A stretch of 64,000 bases of DNA, taken from Thermoanaerobaculia bacterium (GTDB lineage Bacteria; Acidobacteriota; Thermoanaerobaculia; Gp7-AA8). Location: assembly GCA_035525285.1 (NCBI GenBank), contig DATLFB010000044.1, positions 108,441 to 172,440 on the forward strand. The letters run 5' to 3'. A model generated the notes under the pieces. That model was not told the DNA's origin and did no database searches. It saw nothing but the letters and a program-made list of their open reading frames with translations. Within the stretch, counting starts at the first letter, position 1. Each line of letters starts with the position of its first letter. The position numbers were made by a program, and so were the translations under genes. Positions 46,495 through 55,948 of this stretch are shown here, in pieces.

Positions 46495-47676
46495 ATGACA
46501 ACGCGCTTTTCTGCTCTGGTGGCTTTCGCAGCAGTGTTTTTCGCGGGCAGTGCTTTCGCAGGGGACGTAGGCGGAACTGTCTACTCCAATCCGGGAACCA
46601 TCACGTTGCGGCTGGAGTGGGGCTCGAATTTCGGGAGCTCAAAAGAAATCAACAAGACCGGCGACGGATCGTATGCATTCGGCGTGAACATCCGCAACAA
46701 CACCAAATACCGCGTGATCGGGAAATCGGCGCCGACCGGCTGGGCCTGCAAGGGCAAGCAGATCGACAAGTACATCACCTCCGCGGCAGCGACGAAGACG
46801 CATGTCTATTGCGGATCGTCGAGCTCCGCGGGCATCCGGGTCGGTTCCTGGAATCTCGAGTGGTACGACAGCGCTGATGCCGTCGACAAGAAGAAGGCGA
46901 TCGCCGCGCTCATCAATCAGTACAACTTCGACGTCGTGATCGCCAATGAAGTGCTGGACGAGGCCTCCTGGAACGACTTCATCACCAATTACCTCGGCAA
47001 CGCTTCCAATTGGGATTACCGGATCTCCCAGGCCGGCTGCTCGCTGCGACAGGTCACGATGTGGAAGAAGAGCAGCGTGACGTTCGAGTCGGGGTATGAC
47101 CTGAACTGCGCCACGACGAACTGCATCATCGACGAGAACAGCGCCACGTGGGACGACTGCGGCGGACGGCGACCCTATGTCGCGAATTTCGCGGTGAACA
47201 ATTCAACCGTCAAATTCACCACGGCCACGATCCACTTCAAGGCTTACACGACGACCACCGACTGCCAACTGCGCAAAGACCAGGTGGATACGTTCGTGCA
47301 ATGGGTGGACTGGGCCGGCATGGGCTCGAAGAACTTCGTCGCCGCCGGCGACTACAACGATCAACTTGCCGGCACCGGCAACTGCAGCTCGATCGACACC
47401 CTCGCGTCGATGGAATCGCATTCCGGCTTCTGGTTCGCGACCGCTCAGCCGGGCTATTTCTATTCGCACATGATGGGCAATGGTCTGGTGACCTACGACA
47501 CGAAGAGCTTCCAGAACACCATCGACCACTTCTGGGTGACCAACAGCCTGTTCGATCTTCTCGAGACCACGGTCGACACCTACGGCAACCGGGCCAACGC
47601 CGTGCAGGCGAACATGTATTTTTCGGCGGCGGGAGAGCCGGATCACAACCCACCGTACATCGTGATCAAGAAGTAG
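46495..47676 (+). CDS. secreted endonuclease/exonuclease/phosphatase (EEP) family protein
   Basis: A GAGAGGAG Shine-Dalgarno precedes the start. The signal peptide is MTTRFSALVAFAAVFFAGSAFA. EEP motifs are present (VGSWNLEW, DVVIANEV, DHNPP). Confidence 0.75.
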   Translation: MTTRFSALVAFAAVFFAGSAFAGDVGGTVYSNPGTITLRLEWGSNFGSSKEINKTGDGSYAFGVNIRNNTKYRVIGKSAPTGWACKGKQIDKYITSAAATKTHVYCGSSSSAGIRVGSWNLEWYDSADAVDKKKAIAALINQYNFDVVIANEVLDEASWNDFITNYLGNASNWDYRISQAGCSLRQVTMWKKSSVTFESGYDLNCATTNCIIDENSATWDDCGGRRPYVANFAVNNSTVKFTTATIHFKAYTTTTDCQLRKDQVDTFVQWVDWAGMGSKNFVAAGDYNDQLAGTGNCSSIDTLASMESHSGFWFATAQPGYFYSHMMGNGLVTYDTKSFQNTIDHFWVTNSLFDLLETTVDTYGNRANAVQANMYFSAAGEPDHNPPYIVIKK

Positions 47677-47699
47677 CGCCAGGGAACCTCTGCACGAGT

Positions 47700-47770
47700 G
47701 TCATTCCGCGCCGCGAAGACGGCGAGGAATCCCCCGAATCAGGGGATTCCTCGCTCACGCTCGGAATGAC
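47700..47770. repeat. perfect long palindrome GTCATTCCGCGCCGCGAAGACGGCGAGGAATCCCC-CGAATCA-GGGGATTCCTCGCTCACGCTCGGAATGAC (SLTLGMT family)
   Basis: It lies between convergent gene ends (the EEP gene and dsbD) and is a likely bidirectional terminator. Confidence 0.9.
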
Positions 47771-47789
47771 ACATTGACCCGCCGGTCAG

Positions 47790-49556
47790 CTATCGGGGAG
47801 AGGGGACTGAGCGCACGCGCGCGAGGAAGTCCGCGGGGGGCTCGAAGCCGCTGAGCCGCAGGTCGGTCAGCTCGCGCCCGCTCGAGTCGAGGAAGACGAG
47901 CGTCGGGACGCCGAGGATTCCGTACTCCTTCGTCAATCGCTTCGTGGTCTCGTCGTCGGGTGCGGTGAGATCCGCCTTCACGCGTACGAAGCGATCCAGC
48001 TCCGCCACCACCGCGGCGTCGGTGAACGTATTCGCGTCGAGCTCCTTACACGGCAGGCACCAGTCGGCGTAGAAGTCGATCACCACCGGCTTGTTCGCCG
48101 CCTTCGCGGCCGCGAGCGCTTTCGCGTCGTACTTCTCCCACTGCACTTCGACCGCGTGCTTCTTCGGAATCGCGAATGCCACGCCGGAGACGAGCAGGAG
48201 GATCGAGATCGCGATCCGCCACACGCGCGCGCCCTGCGCACGGCCTGAGAAGAAGAGGAACGCCGCGCCGACGAGCAGGCTCGCGGCGACGCCGTACTGG
48301 AACGCGAAGTCGCCGATGATCGGGCGGACGAAGTAGAACGCCATCGCGATGAGGATGAAGCCCATCGCCTTCTTCACCTGCACCATCCATTCGCCCGAGC
48401 GCGGCAGCGCGGTCATGCCCGATGAGAAGATGCCGAGCAGCAGATACGGCACGCCGAGTCCGAGGGCGAGAACGAAGAACATGAGGAAGCCGAGGAACGG
48501 ACTCTGGAGGCTGCTCACGAGCGCGATCAGCGAGATCACGAACGGTCCGACGCACGGCGCGGCGACGATGCCGATCAGCAGTCCCATGGTCAGCGCGCCG
48601 GCCAGTCCCGCCTGTCCGCCGGAGCGGCTGGTGATGAACTGCGGCACGCGGATCTCGAAGAGCCCGAACATCGACGACGCCATCACGAGCATCAATCCGG
48701 CGAAGAAGAAGAGGACGCCGGGATGCTGCAGCCAGGCGCCGAAGAGTTTTCCGGACAGCGCGGAGAAGACGCCGAGCACGGAGTACGTGACGGCGATGCC
48801 GAGCACGTAGAGCGACGAGAGCGCGGCGCGGCGTCCGGTGCTGCTGCCGCTCTGCGAGCTGAAGTAGCCGATCGTGATCGGGATCAGCGGATAGACGCAT
48901 GGGGTGAGATTCAGCGCGAGGCCGAGGACGAAGATCGCGAGGAGCGTGAGCGGCAGCCCGCGCTCGGCAAGCGTCCCTTTGACGTCGCTCGAGAAAAGGC
49001 TCGATTTCGCCTTCGCACCCTTCGGCGCCGCACTGAGCGGCGTAAACGTAGCGGCGGGCTTCAGCCCGCCGGCGGGCGCCGCGGTGATCTTCGCGAGATC
49101 GATGGTCGCGATCGCATCCGCGGGCGGCAGGCAGACGCGATCGCTGCAGGCCTGATAGCGCAGCTTCGCGGTGAGCGCCGTCGCGCCGGCATCGAGCGTG
49201 GCGGTGAACGGAATCGCGATCGTGCCGTCGTACACCGCGAGCTCTTTTCCGCCGGTGAACTCGAACGCCTTCATCGCGTGCGCCGGGTATTCGAGCTTCG
49301 CGTCGCTCGCGCCGGCGAACGTCAGGACCGTCGGAATCGCGAACTCTTCGAGCGGCGTGGCCGAGTTGACGTGCCACCCCTCCGCGATCTTCGCGGTGAC
49401 GGTTCCCTCGATCGCGTCGCCGTCACGCTTCTGCAGCGCGCCGTCGATCGTCACCTTCGGCGACGCATCGCCGCCGGGAAAATCGAGCTGGGCGGCGGCG
49501 GAGACGGCGGTGAGGAGGAGGAGAAGAAAGACGAGACTTCGGTGTGTCAACGTCAC
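47790..49556 (-). CDS. dsbD: thiol:disulfide interchange protein DsbD
   Basis: An N-terminal periplasmic alpha domain, a cytochrome-c-biogenesis-type TM core, and a C-terminal thioredoxin domain with WCLPCK are present. Confidence 0.85.
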   Translation of the reverse strand: MTLTHRSLVFLLLLLTAVSAAAQLDFPGGDASPKVTIDGALQKRDGDAIEGTVTAKIAEGWHVNSATPLEEFAIPTVLTFAGASDAKLEYPAHAMKAFEFTGGKELAVYDGTIAIPFTATLDAGATALTAKLRYQACSDRVCLPPADAIATIDLAKITAAPAGGLKPAATFTPLSAAPKGAKAKSSLFSSDVKGTLAERGLPLTLLAIFVLGLALNLTPCVYPLIPITIGYFSSQSGSSTGRRAALSSLYVLGIAVTYSVLGVFSALSGKLFGAWLQHPGVLFFFAGLMLVMASSMFGLFEIRVPQFITSRSGGQAGLAGALTMGLLIGIVAAPCVGPFVISLIALVSSLQSPFLGFLMFFVLALGLGVPYLLLGIFSSGMTALPRSGEWMVQVKKAMGFILIAMAFYFVRPIIGDFAFQYGVAASLLVGAAFLFFSGRAQGARVWRIAISILLLVSGVAFAIPKKHAVEVQWEKYDAKALAAAKAANKPVVIDFYADWCLPCKELDANTFTDAAVVAELDRFVRVKADLTAPDDETTKRLTKEYGILGVPTLVFLDSSGRELTDLRLSGFEPPADFLARVRSVPSPR

Positions 49557-50398
49557 CGTCCCATCGCGAGCCGCTTCTCGATCCCCGGGAGTACCGAGTC
49601 GACGGTGCGGATCAGCGGCGAGTTCGGATACGTCGTCTTGAAGCTGCGGAACTCATTCGCCGCGTTGAGCCAGTTGCCCTGCTGCATGTAGATCTGACCC
49701 GCCAGGATGCGCGCGCGCTCGACCGACTCCCCGACCTTGCTGTGCGAAGTCAGCTCGCGGATCGTTTTCAGTGCCTCGTTGAATTTGTTCTGCACCGTGA
49801 ACGAGAGCGCGAGGTGATAGTAGGCTTCGTCGCGAATGACGACCGGGATGTTCTTCTCGGTGATGAGCTTCCGGAGCCGGAGCTCGCCCTTGTCGTACGC
49901 GCCGCGCGTCACGTACTCCTTCGCGAGCGCGAGGCGCTGCACCGGATCCTTCGCGAAGGACGCCTCGTTCTTCGCGCGCTTCAGGAAGTCGTCGTACTTC
50001 GTGCGCGTGTCCTTCAGCGACTTCACGAAGTCGGTCGGCGGCGCGTAGCCGCGGATCAATCCGGCGATGGAGAGGTCGTGTGTGACGAGGACGAAGGTCG
50101 GCAGCGAAGTCACCCCGAACTTGCGCGAGTACTCCGTCCCTTCCTTCCCATCCTCGGTGTCGAGACGGAGGAGGACGATGTCTTTGGTCGCTGCCTGGAA
50201 GACCGCGGAGGGGAAGACTTCACGCTCGAAGCGATGGCACCAGCCGCACCACTGCGCGAACATGTCGATCAGGATGAGCTGATTCTTCTCCCTGGCGACC
50301 TTCTGCGCCGCGGCAACGCTCTTGTGCCACGTGCCGGCAAAGGTCTGCGGCGCGAGCAGGAGCGCGAGTACGGCGGCGAGGGTGATCTTTCGGGTCAA
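49553..50398 (-). CDS. periplasmic thioredoxin-fold protein with a TPR-like C-terminal half
   Basis: Signal peptide present. Contains WCGWCHRFE (CxxC). Its stop overlaps the dsbD start. Confidence 0.75.
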   Translation of the reverse strand: MTRKITLAAVLALLLAPQTFAGTWHKSVAAAQKVAREKNQLILIDMFAQWCGWCHRFEREVFPSAVFQAATKDIVLLRLDTEDGKEGTEYSRKFGVTSLPTFVLVTHDLSIAGLIRGYAPPTDFVKSLKDTRTKYDDFLKRAKNEASFAKDPVQRLALAKEYVTRGAYDKGELRLRKLITEKNIPVVIRDEAYYHLALSFTVQNKFNEALKTIRELTSHSKVGESVERARILAGQIYMQQGNWLNAANEFRSFKTTYPNSPLIRTVDSVLPGIEKRLAMGR

Positions 50399-50456
50399 AC
50401 GAGATCCTCCGTGGCGTCCGAAACGGCCACGATCCTTTCACCTATTCCGCTGAGGA

Positions 50457-51272
50457 TCAGCGACCGACTCCCTGTGACGTTTCGGTCGCTTCTTTTTTCT
50501 TCTCTTTTGCATGTTGCCGCGCGGCGTCGACGAATGCCCCGAACAACGTCGAGGCGCTGCCCTCCCCGCTCATGTCCTCCGGGTGCCACTGCACGCCGAC
50601 GTAGAACGGATGCCGCGGGTCCTCGAGCCCTTCGATGATGCCGTCGGGCGCGTGCGCGGTGACGGTCAGGCCCTCGCCGACGCGGCCGATGGCCTGATGG
50701 TGCGAGGAGTTCACGTTGAGCTCGAGAGGAGGGCGGACGTCCCGTCCGCCGTCGCCCAGGCGGACGGGACGTCCGCCCTCCATTCCGCCGAGGATCTTCG
50801 CCAGCTTCGTGCCGCCCTCGATGATCACGTCGTGCCGCGCGCGGTCTTCCGGCACGCTGGCGTGCGCGATCTCCGTTTCGACCTGCGCGGCGATGTCCTG
50901 CACGAGCGAGCCGCCCGCGGCGACGTTCATGACCTGCACGCCGAGGCAGATGCCGAGGACGGGGATGCCGCGGTCGCGCGCGGCTTTCGCGAGGGAGACG
51001 TCGTTGCTCTGGCGGCGCGGGTCCATCGGCTCGACCGTGGGATGGCGGTCTTCGCCGTACAGCGCGGGGTCGCAGTCGTCGCCTCCCGCGAGCAGCACGC
51101 CGTCGAGCTCGCTCACGAGCTCAGCCGCGTTCTCGGGCTGCGGCGGGATGAGCACAGGAATCGCGCCGGCGCGCCGCAGCGCGTCGACATAGGTGAGATA
51201 GATGAAGGCACGCTCGCGCTTGCCTGGCGGGCTCTGGACGTCGGATCCGATTCCGATGATGGGCTTGATCAT
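50457..51272 (-). CDS. gamma-glutamyl-gamma-aminobutyrate hydrolase family protein (peptidase C26, class I glutamine amidotransferase-like)
   Basis: Contains GICLGVQ (Cys nucleophile) and HHQAIGRVG...VGVQWHPE. An in-frame copy of the 54-bp nested palindrome sits at 50728-50781. Confidence 0.75.
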   Translation of the reverse strand: MIKPIIGIGSDVQSPPGKRERAFIYLTYVDALRRAGAIPVLIPPQPENAAELVSELDGVLLAGGDDCDPALYGEDRHPTVEPMDPRRQSNDVSLAKAARDRGIPVLGICLGVQVMNVAAGGSLVQDIAAQVETEIAHASVPEDRARHDVIIEGGTKLAKILGGMEGGRPVRLGDGGRDVRPPLELNVNSSHHQAIGRVGEGLTVTAHAPDGIIEGLEDPRHPFYVGVQWHPEDMSGEGSASTLFGAFVDAARQHAKEKKKEATETSQGVGR

Positions 51273-51365
51273 GACTTCGATGATATTGCGAAATTCACGC
51301 TGACTCCGAGGCGTTTTCGGAGGCTCAACCAACAATGACGACAACCCAACGTTTCTTCACGAGAC

Positions 51366-52319
51366 TTGCCACCGCTCTGTTCGCCTTCGCCGCTGCTCCA
51401 TGCGGGCGCGACCGGCACGCAGATCCAACTCGACGCGCTGCCGTCGTACGTCGACCGCGTGTTCGTCCCCGTGGTTCCGCAGACGGAGAACACGCTCGCC
51501 ATCGAGAACCTTGCCATCGACCAGGTGCTCGAGGCGCCGCCCGGATTCGACGTGCGCGCGAAGAATGGCGCGGTCGTGATCGCGCCGGCGGCGGGCGAGC
51601 GCTCCGGCTACGCGCGCGTGCGCGGCGGCGGACGCGAGCTCACGCTGACGCTGGTGAGTCTCGTGCCGTACGCGGAGATGAAGAACGGACGTCTCGACGG
51701 CTATCGGGTCGGCGAATACAACGCCGAGCCGCTGCGCGGCCTCGAACAGTACGAGCGGCCGAAGGGATTCATCCGCCTCACCGATGCGAACTCGGCGCTG
51801 TGGGTCTCCGATCACTACCGGATGCGCGATTTCCAGTGCAAGCTCGATGGAACGACGAAGTTCCTCATCCTCCGCTCCGAGGCGCTGGTGAAGCTGGAGA
51901 TTCTGCAGCATGAGCTGGAGACAAAGCACGGACTGGCGTTCGATCGTTTCACGGTGATGTCGGGCTACCGCACGCCGTACTACAACTCGCGCATCGGCAA
52001 CGAGACGAGCTACTCGCGTCATCTCTACGGCGACGCGATGGACATCTACATCGACCAGGACCGCAACGGCAGCATGGACGACGTGAATCGCGACGGCCGC
52101 ATCGACGCCGGCGACGCGCGCTTCATCCTCCGCGTGGCCGAGCAGATCGACAACTCGCGCGAGTGGGGCTGGCTCAAGGGCGGCGCGGGCGTGTATCACG
52201 CAAACGCCGCGCACGGACCGTACCTGCACGTCGACGCGCGCGGCTACGTGGCGCGCTGGGGTCCGGTGGAAGAACCGGCGACGCTGCGCGCGTCGTCGCG
52301 CGCGGCGGCGGCGCGGTAA
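51366..52319 (+). CDS. peptidase M15A / DUF882 (YcbK-like) zinc D,D-carboxypeptidase-like protein
   Basis: Contains SGYRTPYYNSRIGNETSYSRHLYGDAMDI. A signal peptide is encoded in a different frame starting at 51335, so a frameshift is possible (see findings). Confidence 0.65.
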   Translation: MPPLCSPSPLLHAGATGTQIQLDALPSYVDRVFVPVVPQTENTLAIENLAIDQVLEAPPGFDVRAKNGAVVIAPAAGERSGYARVRGGGRELTLTLVSLVPYAEMKNGRLDGYRVGEYNAEPLRGLEQYERPKGFIRLTDANSALWVSDHYRMRDFQCKLDGTTKFLILRSEALVKLEILQHELETKHGLAFDRFTVMSGYRTPYYNSRIGNETSYSRHLYGDAMDIYIDQDRNGSMDDVNRDGRIDAGDARFILRVAEQIDNSREWGWLKGGAGVYHANAAHGPYLHVDARGYVARWGPVEEPATLRASSRAAAAR

Positions 52320-52340
52320 GACGTGCGATAATCGCTCGCG

Positions 52341-52919
52341 ATGACGGTATCGTTCCACGACGTCAGATCCTCGTACGCCGAGTACGTCGCGTTCGAGAAT
52401 TCGAGCAATGTCAGGCACGAATTCCTCGATGGTCGGATCTACGCGATGGCGGGTGGGACGCCGGAGCATGCGGCGCTGGCGATGGCCTTCGGTGGTCAGT
52501 TGTACGCGCAACTCCTCGGCGGGCCCTGCCGTTCCTATCCTTCGGACCTGCGCATCCTCACGCGCTCCAGTCTCGCGACCTACCCCGACCTTGCGGTGAT
52601 CTGCGGATCACCCCTCCGCGATGTCAGCGATACGCTCGCAGCTACGAATCCGACGATGATTGTCGAGGTCCTCAGCCCTAGCACCGAGGAGTACGACACC
52701 ACCGAAAAGTTCGAGCACTACAAAACGCTCCCATCGCTGCAGCAATACGTGCTCGTGTCTCACCGCGAACGCGCCATTGAAGTCTGGACAGGTGAGAGAA
52801 GCGGCACGTGGCAGAAAACCACCGTGCGCGAAGGCGAGATCGCCGATCTCGTCCTCGGCTTGCGCCTCGACGTCCGCGAGCTCTACGACGCAGCCGCCGT
52901 CCTGCCTGCTCGAACGTAA
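52341..52919 (+). CDS. Uma2-family (DUF820) putative endonuclease
   Basis: Contains EFLDGRIYAMAGGTPEHA, PDLAVICG, and TMIVEVLSPSTEEYDTTEKFEHYKTLPSLQQYVLV. Confidence 0.75.
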   Translation: MTVSFHDVRSSYAEYVAFENSSNVRHEFLDGRIYAMAGGTPEHAALAMAFGGQLYAQLLGGPCRSYPSDLRILTRSSLATYPDLAVICGSPLRDVSDTLAATNPTMIVEVLSPSTEEYDTTEKFEHYKTLPSLQQYVLVSHRERAIEVWTGERSGTWQKTTVREGEIADLVLGLRLDVRELYDAAAVLPART

Positions 52920-52930
52920 CCCTGACGTTC

Positions 52931-53626
52931 CTACCCGAGAAACTTGTAGCCGAGTCCGTGCACCGTGACGATGAACGCCGGCCGCGCGGGATTCGACTCC
53001 AGCTTCTGGCGCAGCGAGGCGATGTGCACGTCGACGGTGCGCGTGACCGGCGTCGCGTCGTAGCCCCACACCTTCTCCAGCAGCTCGTCGCGCGAGAGCA
53101 CGGCGCCGCGATGATCGACGAGGTAGCGCAGGAGCTTGAGCTCGAGTCCGGAGAGCTCGATCGGCGCACCGGCGCGCCTCACTTCCGCGCGGCGGAAGTC
53201 AGCTTCGACGTCGCCGAACGCGTAGACGTCCGCGCTGCTCGAGGCGATCGTGCGCGAGCGGCGCAGCAGCGCTTCGATGCGCGCGAGCAGCTCCGCCATC
53301 TCGAACGGCTTGGTCACGTAGTCGTCGGCGCCGAGCTTCAGCCCGAGCACGCGATCGATCACCTGCCCGCGCGCGGTGAGCATGAGGATCGGCGTCTGCA
53401 CGCCGCGCTGGCGGAGATCGCGGCAGACGTCGAAGCCGTTCTTCTTCGGCAGCGCGACGTCGAGCAGGATGCAGTCGAACGAGCGGTTCGTCGCCGTTTC
53501 GAGCGCCGCTTCGCCGTCCGTCGCGACCGTCGTGTCGTAGCCCTCGCTCGCGAGGCGGTCCTGCATCGTGAGGATCAGGCTCTCCTCGTCTTCGACGAGC
53601 AGGATGCGGCGCTGCACTTCACCCAC
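52931..53626 (-). CDS. OmpR-family response regulator
   Basis: A receiver domain (ILLVEDEESL...CILLDVALP) and a winged-helix domain (LLEKVWGYDATPVTRTVDVHIASLRQKL) are present. Confidence 0.85.
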   Translation of the reverse strand: MGEVQRRILLVEDEESLILTMQDRLASEGYDTTVATDGEAALETATNRSFDCILLDVALPKKNGFDVCRDLRQRGVQTPILMLTARGQVIDRVLGLKLGADDYVTKPFEMAELLARIEALLRRSRTIASSSADVYAFGDVEADFRRAEVRRAGAPIELSGLELKLLRYLVDHRGAVLSRDELLEKVWGYDATPVTRTVDVHIASLRQKLESNPARPAFIVTVHGLGYKFLG

Positions 53627-55247
53627 GATGCGTCTCCGCCGGCAGGTGGATCGTGAAGGCCGCGCCGCTGCGCCGTTTGCGATCGACGTCGACGGAGCCG
53701 CCGTGCGCGCGCGCGATCTGCTGCACGATCGCCAGGCCGAGGCCCGCGCCGCGCACGCGGGTGCTGTTGCGGCCGCGATAGAAGGGCTCGAAGAGACGCG
53801 CGGTGTCGCGGCCGTCGATGCCGGGCCCGCGGTCCTCGACGGTGATCGCGACGCCGCTGCCGTTGCGCGACACGCGCACGCCCACCCACCCGCCGCTGCC
53901 GCCGTGACGGATCGCGTTCGCGACGAGGTTCTGGATCGCGCGGGTGAGCGCCTGCGCGTCGCCGCGCACGCGCGGCAAATCCGTTTCGACCTGCGTCTCG
54001 ATGGTCACTTCCGCGTCGAGGGCACGGCATTGCTCCACCGCCTCGCCGACGATCGCCTCGACGTCGACCGGCTCGTGCGACGCGCGCGCGTTGGCGCGCG
54101 CCTGGATGCCCGCGAAATCGAGGACCTGCGCGACCATGTCGCCGAGGCGCGCGGATTCCTTCACGATCACGTCGCCGTAGCGCGTGAGCTTCTCGCCGTC
54201 GGCAACGATGCCGTCCTTGAGGTTCTCGCCCGCCGCGCGCAACGCGGCGATCGGCGTGTTCAGCTCGTGCGTCATCGCCGCGACGAATTGCGCCTGCTGC
54301 GCGCGCAGGCGATCCGCGCGGCGCAGCAGCGCGAGCAGCAGCGCGACGGTGGCCGCGAGAATGAAGAGGATGCCGAAGCTGAGCGCGAGGTTGCGGCGGC
54401 GCGCGGAGGCGACGAGTGTCTCGAGCGCCGCATCGCGCCGGCGCACGAGAAGACGCCACGGCTCCATCGGCGGTCGATTCGGCGCCATCGCGCGCAGCGG
54501 CACGGGGCGCACCGCGGGCTCGAATGCGACGAACGGCACTTCGACGTCAGGCAGCGTGCGTCCGTCGGGCCACGACGGGTCGGAGCGGAACAGCAACTCC
54601 GTGCCGCGCATCACCGCGACGTCGTACGAGTCGGTTCCCGTCGCGAAGTGCTGCGCCGCGAGCTGCGGCAGGATCACGTCGACGAGCTGCGCGCGATCGA
54701 GCTGCACGAAGATCGCCGGGCGATCGTCACGCATCTCCTCGAACCCTGCCGGCGGCGGTCCGCGCCTCGGCGCAATCAACAATCCCGGCACGTCGGCCAC
54801 GAACGGCGGCGGCCAGCGCGCCGGTCCTGCCATCGATTCAATCTGCCGCCGCAAGCCCGCGAGCGCCTCCGGCCACGTGCTCTCGACGAGCTGCAGCGAG
54901 TCGAGATCGAGCATGCGCACGGAGTCCCGCTGGATGACGTAGATGTTCGCGATGAGCCGCGGATGCACGGCGATGCTCGCCCAATCCCCGTAACGCTGCC
55001 CGAGATCGCCGCCCTCGGGACGCGCGAAGCTCTCGAACACCTCCCCGATCTCCGCGCGGAGCTCCTCGGTGAAACGGCGCGCGGCGAAGTCGATGTTCGC
55101 GCGCATCCGCTCGCGCTCCGCGTCGCTGACGCGATCGATCCAGCCGTACTGCAGCACGGCCAGCACGCCGAGGCCGGCGACCAGAAGCACGAGCAGTGCG
55201 GCGAGCAGCGCGTTCGTGCCGCGCGAAGGACCCCCCGATGAACCCAT
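53619..55247 (-). CDS. sensor histidine kinase (HisKA / HATPase_c), Cpx/Bae-like
   Basis: Two TM helices flank a periplasmic region of about 250 aa. The H-box is FVAAMTHELNTPIAAL, and ATPase motifs are present. Confidence 0.8.
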   Translation of the reverse strand: MGSSGGPSRGTNALLAALLVLLVAGLGVLAVLQYGWIDRVSDAERERMRANIDFAARRFTEELRAEIGEVFESFARPEGGDLGQRYGDWASIAVHPRLIANIYVIQRDSVRMLDLDSLQLVESTWPEALAGLRRQIESMAGPARWPPPFVADVPGLLIAPRRGPPPAGFEEMRDDRPAIFVQLDRAQLVDVILPQLAAQHFATGTDSYDVAVMRGTELLFRSDPSWPDGRTLPDVEVPFVAFEPAVRPVPLRAMAPNRPPMEPWRLLVRRRDAALETLVASARRRNLALSFGILFILAATVALLLALLRRADRLRAQQAQFVAAMTHELNTPIAALRAAGENLKDGIVADGEKLTRYGDVIVKESARLGDMVAQVLDFAGIQARANARASHEPVDVEAIVGEAVEQCRALDAEVTIETQVETDLPRVRGDAQALTRAIQNLVANAIRHGGSGGWVGVRVSRNGSGVAITVEDRGPGIDGRDTARLFEPFYRGRNSTRVRGAGLGLAIVQQIARAHGGSVDVDRKRRSGAAFTIHLPAETHRG

Positions 55248-55405
55248 TTGCCGGCGAGTCTAACGCGGTGCGCGCGGCGCCGCGCGGCGTCGCATCCACG
55301 TTTTACGTTTCTTACGAAGTTCTTGCGACGTCATGAAGTTCCCGGCGCGCGATGAGGCCATATTGCGATGCATCCGAAACGGGACAAACGAAAGGAAACG
55401 AAAAC

Positions 55406-55873
55406 ATGAAACGCCTCATCATCCTCACTCTCTCGGTTCTCCTCGTGGCCGCCGGCGCGTTCGCCGCGCCGCCGCCGCCCCAGCAACAGGGCCCGGGCGC
55501 GCCGTCTCCTCCGGGCGGAGGTCCTCGCGGCGATGAGATCCTCGCCGATTACCTCGATCTCACCGCCACTCAGATCGAATCGTGGAAGACGATCCAGACC
55601 GAGCTCCGCGCGGCCGTCGAGCCGCTTCGCGAGCAGGAGCGCGCGCTGCACGAGCAGCTCCGCACCGCGCTCGACGGAACCGACGCGAATGCGATCGGCA
55701 GCCTGATGCTGCAGATCCGCGCGATCGGCGATCAGGTCAAGGCCGCGCGCGAAGCGGCCGACGCAAAGTTCGTGGCGCTGCTGACGACCGAGCAGAAAGC
55801 GAAGTTCGAGGCCTTCCAGGCGGCGGTCGAATTTCTCCGCCAGAATGGGCCGGGAGGTGGCCCGCCCCGCTAA
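55406..55873 (+). CDS. periplasmic Spy/CpxP-like protein (LTxxQ motifs)
   Basis: Signal peptide MKRLIILTLSVLLVAAGAFA. Contains LTATQIESWKTIQ and LTTEQKAKFEAFQ. Confidence 0.7.
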   Translation: MKRLIILTLSVLLVAAGAFAAPPPPQQQGPGAPSPPGGGPRGDEILADYLDLTATQIESWKTIQTELRAAVEPLREQERALHEQLRTALDGTDANAIGSLMLQIRAIGDQVKAAREAADAKFVALLTTEQKAKFEAFQAAVEFLRQNGPGGGPPR

Positions 55874-55948
55874 ACTTCACGGCAATCGTGCGGGCGGCGG
55901 CCGATCGACGCGGATGGCCGCCGCCCGAACGAGGCAGGCATAGACACC

